A stretch of 64,000 nt of DNA from Dendrobates tinctorius (GCF_039654945.1 NW_027361806.1:4340001-4404000), one strand, 5' to 3'; numbered from the stretch's first letter, positions 11,740-25,242 are shown. Numbers and translations: made by a program. The notes: generated from the letters alone by a model not told the origin.

Positions 11740-13118
11740 TTAAAGTACCAGCAAAGTATGAGATTTCAGAAATCTCATGCACACACTGTTTTTTTGCAAA
11801 ATGTAGCATGTAACTTCTTTCAGCATTTTTCACCCATTGACAGCAATGGGAAGTGCAAAACCACTGCAAAAAAAAAAAAAATGCAGGCATCAGGTGTTGC
11901 TGCGTTTTTGGCTCCAAAACCAAATTAAGTTGAATGAGGTTTTTTTTTAAAGCACTAAACTTTATCAACATGCACAACAGACAAATGTACCCTGACAAAA
12001 ACGCAGAATCTCATACTGTTCCGCAGAATTTCATACTGCACACCTCAGCTGCTGCAGAACCTCATACTTCACACCCCTACACTTGAAAATAAAGTCTGCA
12101 CCTTAAGAAGATGTGGTGATGTATGCAGTCTATTTAGTCCAACTATCAGTTGATGTTACTGAAGACGAGCAATGCCTGTCCTGGGCGTCCTTTTGGGCAG
12201 CTATGAGGTGTACCTGACTGGTGCTATAAAAAAAAAAAAAAAGTGTTAGTCTGTGTGCTATCCGGCTTTCATTCTTTTTGGTACAGATAAGATATGGATA
12301 GACAGATACGGATAAATGGATATATAGATAGAGCAGATTTCTAATCTGCTTTTGCTATTGAAAACATTATCTATGAGCTCAAAAACCTTTCAGGTGATGC
12401 GGTTTTTTAAAAAGCTGATCTGCTTTTGCAACTGAAAAACGTATCCTCAAAAAAAACGCAGGAAAGACGCTGTGTGTGAATGTAGCCTTAGATCAGGAAT
12501 AGAACAGTCATTTATAGGACATTTCATAACTTTCCCAAATTCCTATGAAAAAATATTCTGCATATTCTGCATTGAACTACTGTACCCAACTTATTATAGA
12601 TTTTAGGAGTCGGTCCATTTTATACAGACTCCAACTCCACGACTCCGACTCCACAGCCCTGCCTTTACAAACTAATCAAAAGCAAAAACGGTTTCTCACT
12701 ACAGCCCTAGATGTGGCCGGAGCACAACACATGCTGCAAATCAAAACTAGCCAGAAAATCCTACTGTCTCTATAAGGGCACCTGCTCAACCATAGAGAAA
12801 TGGGCTCTGCTAAGGGAAAGAAAACTGAATGTGGTGCACCTACCAGTCTAATGTCTAGGAACGGTCCCGATTCCCATGAACTGTAACTTGCCACTCCACT
12901 CTTCCAGTAAGCAGTTCCTGTTCAGCACAGATATTGCTGGTGAAATGCTGAGGAACTTCCTTTTCCCTCACTTTTTAGCACCTAATGCTCCTTCCCATTG
13001 TCCAATGGTTTGCCCACCCTAAACAAAGCCCGCCCCTCTATTTTGCTTATCTGGGGTCTGAACAGGGCAGGGACCAGGTATTTTTGTGCCCTAGGAACAT
13101 GAAACCATTATTTCTTAA

Positions 13119-16100
13119 CCCCTTCATGACCCAGCCTATTTTGACCTTAATGACCTGGCCATTTTTTGCAATTCTGACCAATGTCCCTTTATGAGGTAAT
13201 AACTCAGGAACGCTTCAACGCATCCTAGCGATTCCGAGATTGTTTTTTCGTGACATATTGGGCTTCATGATAGTGGTATATTTAGGTCAATAATTTTTGC
13301 GTTTGTGAAAAAAATGGAAATTTGGCAAAAATTTTGAAAATTTTGCAATTTTCAAATTTTGAATTTTTATTCTGTTAAACCAGAGAGTTATGTGACACAA
13401 AATAGTTAATAAATAACATTTCCCACATGTCTACTTTACATCAGCACAATTTTGGAAACAACATTTTTTTTCGTTAGGAAGTTATAAGGGTTAAAAGTTG
13501 ACCAGCAATTTAATTTTTACAACAAAATTTACAAAACCATTTTTTTTAGGGACCACCTCACATTTGAAGTCACTTTGAGGGGTCTATATGGCAGAAAATA
13601 CCCAAAAGTGTCACCATTCTAAAAACTGCACCCCTCAAGCTACTCAAAACTATATTCAAGAAGATTATTAACCCTTCAGGTGCTTCACAGGAACTAAAGC
13701 AACATGGAATGAAAAAATGGACATTTTAATTTTTCCAACCAAAATTTTATTTTAGCATCAGTTTTTTCATTTTCACATGGGTAACAGGATAAAATGTATC
13801 CTAAAATTTGTTGGGCAATTTCTCCTGAGTACACTGATACCTCATATGTGGTCATAAACCACTATTTGGGCGCACGGCAGGGCTCAGAAGGCAAGGAGCG
13901 CCATTTTACTTTTTGAATGTAAAATATGCTTGAATGTTTAGCGGTTGCCATGTCTTGTTTTAAGAGTACCTGTGTGCCTAAACATTGGAGCTCCCCCACA
14001 AGTGAGCCCATTTTGGAAACTAGACCCTCCAAAGAACTTATCTAGATGCATAGTATGCACTTTGAACCCCCAGGTGCTTCACAAATTGATCTGTAAAAAA
14101 AAAAAGTACTTTTTTTTTTTTCACAAAAATTTTATTTGGCCTCAGTTTTTTCATTTTCACATGGGCAACAGGATAAAATGGATCCTAAAATTTGTTGGGC
14201 AATTTCTCCTGAGTACATCAATATCTCATATGTGGTCATAAACCACTGTTTGGGCGCACCGCAAGGCCCGGAAGGGAAGGAGCGCCATGTGACTTTTTGA
14301 TTGGAAAATTAGCTCCAATCGTTAGCGGACACCATGTCGCATTTGGAGAGCCCCTGTGTGCCTAAACATTGGAGCTCCCCCACAAGTGACCCCATTTTGG
14401 AAACTAGACCCCCGAAGGAACTTATCTAGATGTGTGGTGAGCACTTTGAACCCCCAAGTGCTTCACAGAAGTTTATAACGCAGAGCAGTGAAAATAAAAA
14501 AATAATTTTTTTTCCTCAAAAATGATTTTTTAGCCCGCTATTTTTTATTTTCCCAAGGGTAACAGGATAAATTGGACCCCAAAAGTTGTTGTCCAGTTTG
14601 TCCTGAGTACACTGGTACCCCATATGTGGGGGAAAACCACTGTTTGAGCGCACGGCATGACTCAGAAGGGAAGGAGCGTCATTTGACTTTTTGAATGGAA
14701 AATTAGCTCCAATCGTTAGCGGACACCATGTTGTGTTTGCAGAGCCCCTGTGTGCGTAAACTTTGGAGCTCCCCCACAAATGACCCCATATTGGAAACTA
14801 GACCCCCTAAGGAACTTCTCTAGATGCATAGTGAGCACTTTGAACCCCCAGGTGCTACACAGAAGTTTATAACGCAGAGCCGTTAAAATAAAAATATTTT
14901 TTTCCCTCAAAAAATAAATTTTTAGCCTGCTATTTTTTATTTTCACAAAGGTAACAGGATAAATTGGACCCCAAAAGTTGTTGTCCAGCTTGTCCTGAGT
15001 ACGCTGGTACCACATATGTGGGGGGGACCACTGTTTGGGCACACGTTGGGGCTCAGAAGGGAAGTAGTGACGTTTTGAAATGCCGACTTGATGGAATGGT
15101 CCGTGGGCGTCATGTTATGTTTGCAGAGCCCCTGATGTACCTAAACAGTGGAAACCCCCCACAAATGACCCCATTTTGGAAACTAGATCACCCAAGAAAC
15201 TAATATAGATGTGTGGTGAGCACGTTGAACCCCCCAAGTGCTTCAAAGAAGTTTATAACGCAGAGCCGTGACAATAAAAAAATATTTTTTTTTCCTCAAA
15301 AAATTATTTTTAGTCCACTATTTTTTATTTTCACAAGGGTAACAGGATAAATTGGACCCCAAAAGTTGTTGTCCAGTGTGTCCTGAGTACGCTGGTACCC
15401 CATAAGTGGGGGGGGACCACTGTTTGGGCACACGTTGGGGCTCGGAAGGGAAGTAGTGACGCTTTGAAATGAAGACTTGATGGAATGGTCTGTGGGCGTC
15501 ATGCTACATTTGCAGAGCCCCTGATGTACCTAAACAGTGGAAACCCCCCACAAGTGACCCCATTTTGGAAACTATATCACCTAAGGAACTAATCTAGATG
15601 GGGGTTCAAAGTGCTGACCTCACAAGTGCTTCACAGAAGTTTATAACGCAGAGCTGTGAAAATAAAAAAATATTTTTTTTTCCTCAAAAAGTGATTTTTA
15701 GCCCACTATTTTTTATTTTCACAAGGGTAACAGGATAAATTGGACCCCAAAAGTTGTTGTCCAGGTTGTCCTGAGTACGCTGGTACCCCATATATGGGGG
15801 GGACCACTGTTTGGGCACACGTTGGGGCTCGGAAGGGAAGTAGTGACGCTTTGAAATACCGACTTGATGGAATGGTCTGTGGGCGTCATGTTACGTTTGC
15901 AGAGCCCCTGATGTACCTAAACAGTGGAAACCCCCCACAAGTGACCCCATTTTGGAAACTAGACCCCCCAAGGAACTTATCTAGATGTGTGGTGAGCACG
16001 TTGAACCCCCAAGTGCTTCACAGAAGTTTATAACGCAGAACCGTGAAAATAAAAAATCTTTTTTTTCCACAAAAATAATTATTTTCGCCCCCATTTTTTT

Positions 16101-17518
16101 ATTTTCCCAAGGGTAACAGGAGAAATTAGACCCCTAAAGTTGTTGTGCAATTTTTCCTGAGTACCCTGATACCCCATAAGTGGGGGTACACCACTGTTTG
16201 GGCACACGTCGGGGCTCGAAATGGAGGGAGCACCGTTTGACTTTTTGAACGCAAAATTGGCTGGAATAAATGGTGGCTCCATGTCGCGTTTGGAGAGCCC
16301 CTGATGTGCCTAAACAGTGGAAACCCCTCAATTCTATCTCCAACCCTAACGCCAACACACCCCTAACCCTAATCCCAACCCTAATCATAACCCTAACCAC
16401 AACCCTAATCCCAACACACCCCTAACGAAATCCCAACTCTAACCCTAACCACAAGCCTAACCGTAATCCCAACCCCAACCCTAACCCTAAATTCAACCCT
16501 AACCCTAAATTCAACCCTAACCCTAAATTCAACCCTAACCCTAAATTCAACCCTAACCCTAAATTCAACCCTAACCCTAAATTCAACCCTAACCCTAAAT
16601 TCAACCCTAACCCTAAATTCAACCCTAACCCTTAGTCCAACCCTAACCCTTAGTCCAACCCTAACCCTTAGTCCAACCCTAACCCTTAGTCCAACCCTAA
16701 CCCTTAGTCCAACCCTAACCCTTAGTCCAACCCTAACCCTAACCCTAGCCCTGGACCTAACCCTAATGGAAAAAAAAAAAAAAAAATATTTTATTATTTG
16801 TCCCTACCTATGGGGGTGATAAAGGGGGCGGTGATTTACTTTTTATTTATTTTGATCACTATGAAAGTTTATCATAGTGATCAAAATAAATGAATCTGCA
16901 GCATTGCAGATTCGATTCGGCGCACTGCGCATGCGCCCGCCATCTTGCAAGATGGCGGCGCCCATGACGCTGGACGGCAGGACACCGGGACGGATAGCGG
17001 GAGATCGGAGGCACAAAGGAGGGTGAGGGGGTGATCGGAGGGTGAGAGGGGATGATCGGAGGGCTGGGGGGGGAGGAGAGAAGGCGGGGGGGGCAGATCA
17101 TGACGGCGGCTGCCGATCGGTGCCGTCAGAAGGTGGCGGCAGCCGATCGGTGCCGTCAGTCGGTGTGGGGGGGGGTCGGGTCTCGGTGTCCAGCCATGTC
17201 CGATGCTATTTCAGCATCGGCCATGGCTGGATTGTAATATTTCACCAATTTTCATTGGTGAAATATTACAATCGCTCTGATTGGCAGTTTCACTTTTAAC
17301 AGCCAATCAGAGCGATCGTAGGCACGTGGGGGCTAAGCCACACCCCCAGGTGTTAACTCTGAAGGGTCCTTTGTGTGCGGGTCGGGTGACCTTTCAGTGA
17401 CCCCGGTCACCCGACCCGCAGGGGGGCTATTTATAGCATGACGCCTACGTAGGCGTCATAGGTCGTTTGGGCACTGCTTTTCATGACGCCTACGTAGGCG
17501 TCATAGGTCGTGAAGGGG
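13119..17518 (+). mobile_element. Non-autonomous piggyBac-like DNA transposon (4.4 kb) with internal ~390-bp tandem repeats and telomere-like array
   Basis: TTAA on both flanks (13115-13118, 17519-17522); TIR ccccttcatgacc / ggtcgtgaagggg; no transposase ORF. Confidence 0.85.
16341..16766 (+). repeat. Interstitial telomere-like (CCCTAA)n array with 18-bp higher-order units
   Basis: (aaccctaaccctaaattc)x8 at 16477-16620 followed by (aaccctaacccttagtcc)x6 at 16621-16728. Confidence 0.95.
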
Positions 17519-18249
17519 TTAACAGATGAGGATTCTGGTGCCATATTTATGTTCTATTGCTATCCTTTGTTGCTCTATTTATGTACTGATGAGGATTCTG
17601 GTGATCAATATAGCTCCAGAATTATCCACTCAAATACATCACAAGAGCCATCAAAAATACATGAATACAGCACTAGAACCACCATCAGTACATGAATACA
17701 AGAACCAAGCTTAGTACAACAATTAATTGCAATGTCAGGTCAGCCCCTATATACAATTGCATCACACAAACCTATAACTCCAAGAATGTCCTTTACAATG
17801 GCGAGATGCTGGGAGTTATCAGTCATTATCAGACCATACAGGAACCACAGTACTGATGAGATGTAGTCAGTATCACCAAAAACATTAATAGGTTTTTGTT
17901 GCGTTCCCGTGTGGTCGGCGGGCGCGTCAAAACGACGCATCCGCATTGCCTGAGTACCCAATGTTAAAGATAGGTACGCAGGATGCATGCAGAAGTATGC
18001 GGACCAAAACGGAAGTGGGCAGAGCTTCAGGGAGGAAGTACGCCGTCGTCTGAAGAGCCTCGGTACGCAAGTGTGAACTTAGCCTAAGCTGTCAGGACTT
18101 TCAGTGATCATTTAAGATGCAATCAGCTGACAGTTATTCATTCCTACAGACTCGCTCTTGGCCGCATGTTTTTATATTGGGATGGAGGACAATTCTTCAG
18201 GAAGAACCCTACAGATGCCAATGCGGACACAGAGTTCTTCACCTAAGGC

Positions 18250-18712
18250 TTAAAGAAGTTGTTCACTGCTTGGACAAGCCCTTCTCATACTCCACGCTTG
18301 ACCCTGATTAAAAAACAAACAAGAAGAAAAACAAAACACTACACTCACCTCCCGTGCTAGTGCCGTTCCTGTGGTGTCGACATTCACTCTCCCCGGGTCT
18401 CTCATACAGTTGTTGTGATGTGTGACCCCGGTGCCAATCAGCGCTTGGGTCACTTCTGCAGATGATCTCCGACTTCCTCTTCATGTTCAATTTGTCTGAA
18501 GGTGGGGCCAGCCCTAATTGGGAGCCAAGGTCACGTGTCACAACAGCACGGGAGCCCGGGGGGGGGGGGGGGGGGGGGGGGCGCGGAGCGTGCTGACACC
18601 ACAGGAACGGCTCCGGCTCACGAGGTGTGTATAAGATTTTTTTTAATTGGGGCCAAGCTTGGGGTATGAGTAGCGGTTGTCCTAGTAGAGTAGTAGTGGA
18701 CAACCCCTTTAA
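18250..18712. mobile_element. TTAA-target T2/Kolobok-type MITE
   Basis: ttaaagaagttgttcactgct...agtagtggacaacccctttaa; internal inverted arms. Confidence 0.6.
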
Positions 18713-19319
18713 GCCAATTCTCAGACACGTCGCACAAAACAAAAAACATTTGTGTGACTTGCTGTCATGCTATTTTACAGATGCAACTTCTACAACTTTA
18801 CCAAAAAACCTCTCTCCCGTCTGCACTACTTTAGTGATCTCTGCTTGCCATCAGTGAACGGGATCATTCTATTTTTGTGCCCGAAGTGCGATTCTGTCCT
18901 ACTGGTGCAGAGCTCATTGTGAGCTTTGCTCTGACAAATGCGGCTAAACCTTTGCGTGATGACACATGGAGTTAGATCTCATACAGCGATTAGAAAGCAA
19001 AGGGCAAAACAAGATTCCAGACTGAGAGGCCAGCTCCATGTGCTGCATCAGTTCAGGGCTGCAGGATCTGTGACCCATGTCCCTTTTATATGCCACAATC
19101 AGCAAGCTCCCAGTACCAGGAAACAAGAAAAGTCTCTTCCCTCTGACATTCCCCGATATGGTTTTATGTCAGGACAAATGTAAAATAAAAAAGATACAGA
19201 AGTTAACTTTTTGGTTATAAATGGGTCATCTCAAAGCCAAAGGGACCTATTAAGAAATACAGGTGTTCTGTAAGCACGCCATACCCCCAACCAGTCTTAA
19301 AGGGGGCTTCATCAGAGAA

Positions 19320-19987
19320 AATAATTCACCCTAGTCTCAGCTGTCCAATCCCTGTGCTTTCTGCAGGCTGTTTGGGACATCTGGAAGACAGATTGTCCTG
19401 AGAAGAAAAGGCACATCCTGAGACCATTCATGTGAGGGGGCTTCTCATCCATAGAGGGGTCTTACAATTTTGCCCAAAATCACTGCAATAATGGAATCTA
19501 AACCTCCTCCAGGAGCAATTTGGTGATAAACAATGATTTTACCAACTTCGTGGAGACCAGGCCACAAGGCAAGAGTCATAATTAAGTGGTTCAATGAACA
19601 AAACATTGACATTTTGGTTAATGGACAGGAAACTCCCCAGACCTCAATCCTTAAAAAAACAGGGGGACAAGCAAAAACATAGGCATTGTGATAAACTCCA
19701 ATCACTGATTAGGTAAAAAATAAGCGATCATTAGTCAGGATCTGGCCCAGAAGCCGATATCCAGCTGCTGGGGGCGAAGGGCAGAAGTCTTTAAAACTTG
19801 GGGTCAACTCTGTAAATAAATATTGAGCATTGAACTTGAGTCAGTCAAAAGTTTAAAAAGTTATGAAATGCTTATAATCGTACTTCAGTAACCATAGAAA
19901 CATCCGACAAAGATCTAAAAACATTGAAGCAGCAAAACCTTGGGTAAAGCAAAGTTTACGTCTTAAAACTTTTTGTCCATGATTGTA
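19320..19987 (+). mobile_element. Decayed Tc1/mariner transposase 3' fragment
   Basis: aactccccagacctcaatcc (NSPDLNP-like motif) near 19630; Tc1-like terminus ...aaaactttttgtccatgattgta. Confidence 0.5.
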
Positions 19988-22900
19988 CATAGGTTGTCTT
20001 CTTAGTATGAATGGCCATGTGATATCATATTTCCTCTGCAGCAGCTGCACACAACTTACAATGACCCACTGATTTACAAGGCAATTAGTCGACAACGATT
20101 TACCCAAATAGGACAGTCCCTTTAAGGTCGAATTCACCACACAGTGTTTCAAAATCCACATGTACCATGCAGGACTCCTGACTTATATGTACCTTAATAT
20201 CTGCACTCCGATGTTTTATTCCAGAGAGAACCAAATTCTACTTAATATGTAAATGAGCTGTTAAGGTCTATGGGCAGGACATAGATCTCGCCAAGAATCT
20301 GCCTCCACAGTGTATTATAAATGAAAGGAGGTGTTACAGCGTGAGACATGAAGATCAGGAGAGCAGACTGTCATTACATGTCTCACACTGGTAATACCTC
20401 ATTTCATTCACAATATATGCTGTGGAGGCAGATTCTCAGGAAGAGCTATGTCCCGCCCATAGATCTTAATTGGTAAGCTACATATTATGAAAAACATGGT
20501 TGTCACTGGAAAAAGACATTGGATCACCGATATCAAGGTATCATTTTATTCAGCTTCCTATGACCTACATGCCCATATAGACGACTTAAAGGGAATCTGT
20601 CAGTAGGATCAACCCTCTAAGTATTACTCTAGGTCCTCGATGATGAAGATCACTGACAGAGAAGATGCCAAACAAGAAGTGTAAAACTGTATCCTCTTCT
20701 GAAGACCTTTAGACTATATCATGAAAAATAGATAGATGGCGCTCAGACTCTTGATGCCCACCTTGGTCTGCTAATTGAAGGGATTGAACTACTCCAGAAA
20801 TACGCATCTACTCCATTGTTTACCAGGCACAGGGTCACACTACTCGGCAGCTGCAATACCAGACACGCCACTGCTATAAGAGCAGCGCTGTGCCTAGAGG
20901 TGTCAATCATCTGAGTGGTGCGGTGCCAAAGTCAGACATTGATTTAATAATGACAGTCATCAATTTCATCCAACAAAAAATCTGTCTATCATCCTATAGA
21001 GCAGTCCTATAAGCAGTGCTCTTACATCAGGACTGCTCAGCATCGCCTCATCAGAATCAAAAGACGTTTAGTCAAACAAGTTGAACTCGATGGACATTTC
21101 ATTTTCTTACAACCTGTTTAAACAAATGAAACAAGCTCTCAATATTGTATCACCGCAGAGCAATCGCTGCGCATTAGGTGGGTGGGTTTACAGAAATGAG
21201 CTTCGTCCGTCTAATGTGGGATTAGATCACTTCTGATTTGTTTCACCGATGAAAGTGGAATTAGTGATTCATCCTGAAACGCGCCCTGATGGCCGACACG
21301 GAGGACACGCACTGGGCAGTTATTCTAGTAATGCTGGGTCACATCCGGATTATCATTCAAGGAAGATTGCATATGAACTAAACGCCGTGTTTTATACTAC
21401 CCAAACATCTCTCCAATAGCTCACCAGAAGGCCTGGGCTCAGTGGAAAGTCATGTTTGTGAGCAAAAAAAAAACCAAAAAAAAAAACGACAAATTCCTAC
21501 AAAATCTAAAAGCTCGAAAACCATTTGCAGCTCTTCAGTGGTGCTTTTTTTTTTTTTTTTTTAGCAAAGGCATTTTTGTTTCCCATTCCCAATGACTCCA
21601 CCCCAAGCTATAAACCAGCACCAAAAACTGCATCCTTAAGGTATGTGCTTACGATCAGTAATTGCTGAGCATTGGACGCTGTGTACTTATGCAGGATCAA
21701 ACCCGCAACGGCCGGACGTTACAAAATAGTGGATGGGATTTCAAGAAATCCCATGTCCACTATGCATCCACAGACGCCCGCGGCTCACCCACATAGACGG
21801 GCATGTGATGTGCCTTTCCAGGCCGCAGCCTGTCAATTTGTCTTGCGGAGACGCGAGCCTCTGCAAGTGAATTGGTGAAATTTCTATGAACGCGGTGAAT
21901 CCGCACAGTTCAGTAAACACATGCAGATTCACCGGAGTTCAATAGACAGCAGAGCTTTGGACGCAACGAGCATCCGCTGCAACCAAAGCGCTGCTACTTC
22001 CGGACCGTGTGCACCCGGCCTTAGGGGACGTTCACATTGGGACTGGATTGCAGCAAATTTTTCGTACAGATTTGCACAAGTAAAACACGCTGTTGGTTTC
22101 AATAACAAGCGGCGTAGATAAGATTTGCTGAATTGTTCCTCTAAGAAATTGACTTGTGACGCAGATTTAGTATGTCCTTGCAACCTAAATGGGTAGAATC
22201 AGAATGGTCACAAAGAGAATTTGTAATCGATTTTCCTTACACACTCAGACACATCCAAAAGGAGGATTCACGCCAAAAAGTAGTAGCATATCGATAGAAT
22301 GGACCAGTACTTCCTAATTGGTGTGAGTCTTGCTGCAAGGACCACCACCGTCAAAAAAAAAAAAAAAAAAAAAAAGGGTCTGCAAGCCCAGATTAAGTGT
22401 GGCAATTTCCCCATCACAAACTGTCACTGCCACAGCTGCAATCACCACCCTGCAACATCCTCTGTGTGTAAGGCCAGGGTCAGACGAGCGTATGAAAACG
22501 CGTCCTATTTTCATCCGTGTGCCATCAGTATTCATACATTTTAAAAATGTGCAAGATCACTTGCCTACATTAATAATGCCAATATCCACAAAAATATGGT
22601 TAAATGCAGATGTTCTTTATTAAGCACATTCATAGACTTGAATGGGCGAGTCTGATCCGATATTCTGAAGACACTAGTGCGTGCTGCAATTTTTTTGTCA
22701 CGAAAAAAAAAAAACTCATCTGCTGCTAAATGACATTGTTCAGTTTGCTGAATGATTTACTCGGACAGCTAACATCCGTGTTATATGTTTGTCTGAACGA
22801 CAAGACAACGCCGACCGCTGAAAGGCTACTGGCCGCATGCTTCTGGCTTGTTAAAAAGATCAGTCCACGTTGTTTTGGCACCCAGAGGAGCCGCGCCGGC

Positions 22901-23975
22901 CCGGCAAGGCACTCTGAGGTGCCGCCCCAGTCAGCTTTTTTCCCCCCTTATACTGTCATGAGCCCATTAAAAACTAGCTTTTAAAGTAGTGAAGAACCTC
23001 TTGTGTTAGAAGAATTTCAAGGGCAATCCAAACATCTTGAGAAGGGGTATAGAAGGGATTTTCAACCTGTGCCCTCACAAGCTGCTGTGACGTTACAATG
23101 CACAATAGCACAGAATGCTGAGAGCTGTAGTTCACAAAAGCTGCTGTGACACTGGCTGCATAATTACCACTACTACAAACCAACAATCACCATCGGATTA
23201 TTAATCAGTCCACACAGCAGCAAACAGAGCACTCAACCTATAGAAAGTAGGCCCCTCGTTCACAGGACGGACCCAGTATCAACCATACACCAGTCACACA
23301 TGGCCGAGTGCATTGTAAGCATAACATCACGTGCCCAGATATGGAGTGACGAGTCTGTGACATGCAGGAGCTGGAAATATCGACGAGGAGTATGCCTTTA
23401 AATAGCATGTCTGGGTGTTCAGAGAAAGAGCATGGCGCAGGCGTTACATCCACAACTTTCCTGCACACAAGCCGGGAGGATTTTATGTTTTGTTTTTTTA
23501 TCTCAATTTGTTCTACTTTTTCAGTGTGCCAAGCCTCCTGCAAAGCCACGACATATCAGTCACTTCACCAGGAGTATAAACACCCCAATATACTTTAGCT
23601 ACATGGGTGGGATGGGGTCTTCTAGACTGTCCCCCAATCCTTTGGTTCACTGGGGAGATGATTCTGGCAGTGGTTCGGTCAGAGAACACAGGACGGACCA
23701 GCCGAGCAGAACGTTCCTTATATGGGGGAAGACAGGAGAGAACATTAGTCCAACCTCAGCTATTTAATGGGTATGGCCAACAAAGGGGTTGTCTCGTGTT
23801 AATGATTAACATTGCAAATTATCAGCAAAAATAAGCAACTTTGCAATTCACTTTCATTAAAAATCCTCTCCGTTCTCAAGATCAAAGGGATTTTACATTC
23901 TATAGTTTACTGCTCGTTGCCTAGGTAACCAGTCACCTCACAGCAGTTTGCAATAAAGCCTGCAAACAATGCCAA

Positions 23976-25242
23976 GGCTATGTTCACACTGGGCATTTTT
24001 TCTGCAGCAAAACCTGATCTCTTGGCAGGAAAGAAGCTGCGGCAAAAACGCAGGTTTTGTTTTTTTCCTGCAGTTTTGGCATGCTACATTTGTCTCATGT
24101 GCATAATGCTTAGAGAAAAAAAAAAATCTATTCAGGTTTTGGTACAAAAAAAAAAAAAAAAAGCTACAAAACCTGATATCCGTGTTTTTTTGGCTCAGGA
24201 TTTTCAGCCCTCATTATTTTCAATGGGTGAAAAACGCAGAAAAAAAAAAAAAAAAACACTGAAAGAAGTGACATGCTCTACTGTGCAAAAACACATGCAA
24301 AGCACAAAAACCCGATGACAAAAGAAAAAAAAAAATAAAAAGGTGTGTGCACGAGATTTCTAAAATCGTATAGGCTTTATTGATACTTTACAATGCAAAA
24401 CAATATAGCAAGAGTGTGTGAAATTGTCACCGCTCTCAGTGTCAGACACAGCCTAATTGACAGCGGTCAAATTTGACTCAAAAATTTGTAAATATGTATA
24501 TGAATGAATTAAAATATAACTTAATTAATCTTATTAAAATAAAGTGAGACCAAAGACAAAGTCCACGTGGGATGAATTAATATAAAAACATGCAGCCACA
24601 AACCATCGATTGTGGTCAAGAAGAGGGGTCCCATATCCCCCCTCCAGCATCTTTATTGTCACCCATTCCTCTGGTTGTGGGACCCTTCTCATCGATTTAC
24701 TCTCCTGATGAGTCTTGCCCAGATGAAACGCGTCGAGAGTAAATAACGCACCGGAGCCTCGGGCATAAGCACTTACCCATATGAATGGGACCTGTCGGAG
24801 GGGGACACACCCTGGTATACCATGAGAGCATTCCAATTGTTTATACTGACAAGCATATCAACTCTCTCCTGCAGTGAGAGGAGACAGCTGACTATCTGCC
24901 AATACTGGTTATTACTGTCAGTCTTTGAGGGATTGCATGTACTGACAGAAGGACAAGCAATATTAATACCCACGTGACTGCATACAGTAGTCCGATAGTT
25001 TGTGTCTGCATGTTTTTATATTAATTACAGCCCAGGTGGGCTTGTGCCTTTGGTCTCACTTTATTTTAATAAGATTAATTAAAAGTAATATTTTAATTAA
25101 TTCATATATTTATTATCAATTTTTGGTTTCAATATGACCTTTGTCAATTAGACTGTGGCTGATACTGTAAAACGCAGCTGCAAAATTTCATTAAAAAAGC
25201 AAAAAAAAAAAATGCTGAAAAACATCCAGTGTGAACATAGCC
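23976..25242. mobile_element. Harbinger-type MITE interrupted by a ~750-bp inverted-repeat, hammerhead-bearing insert (~24400-25157)
   Basis: TIR ggctatgttcacactgg / ccagtgtgaacatagcc; insert has ~160-bp imperfect inverted arms (~24447-24605 and ~24997-25157). Confidence 0.7.
24695..24744 (+). ncRNA. Minimal type I hammerhead ribozyme motif
   Basis: atttactctc-CTGATGA-gtct-tgccc-agat-GAAAC-gc-GTC-gagagtaaat: perfect 10-bp helix I, conserved core, GUC cleavage triplet. Confidence 0.8.

Noticed and set aside
16422-16622. (NLGLGL)n ORF, or a true chromosome end/fusion site
   Set aside because: Translation of an 18-bp repeat; the tract is internal to a TTAA-flanked element with no head-to-head telomere junction
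20770-20815. Third intact hammerhead
   Set aside because: Only a vague relic (gaaggga...actccagaaatacgcatc); the CUGANGA and GAAAC core is broken
21100-21370. Possible conserved intronic enhancer or extra GPBP1L1 UTR exon (also ~9360-9720)
   Set aside because: Unique-looking sequence, but no convincing splice-site pair was found and conservation cannot be assessed without alignments
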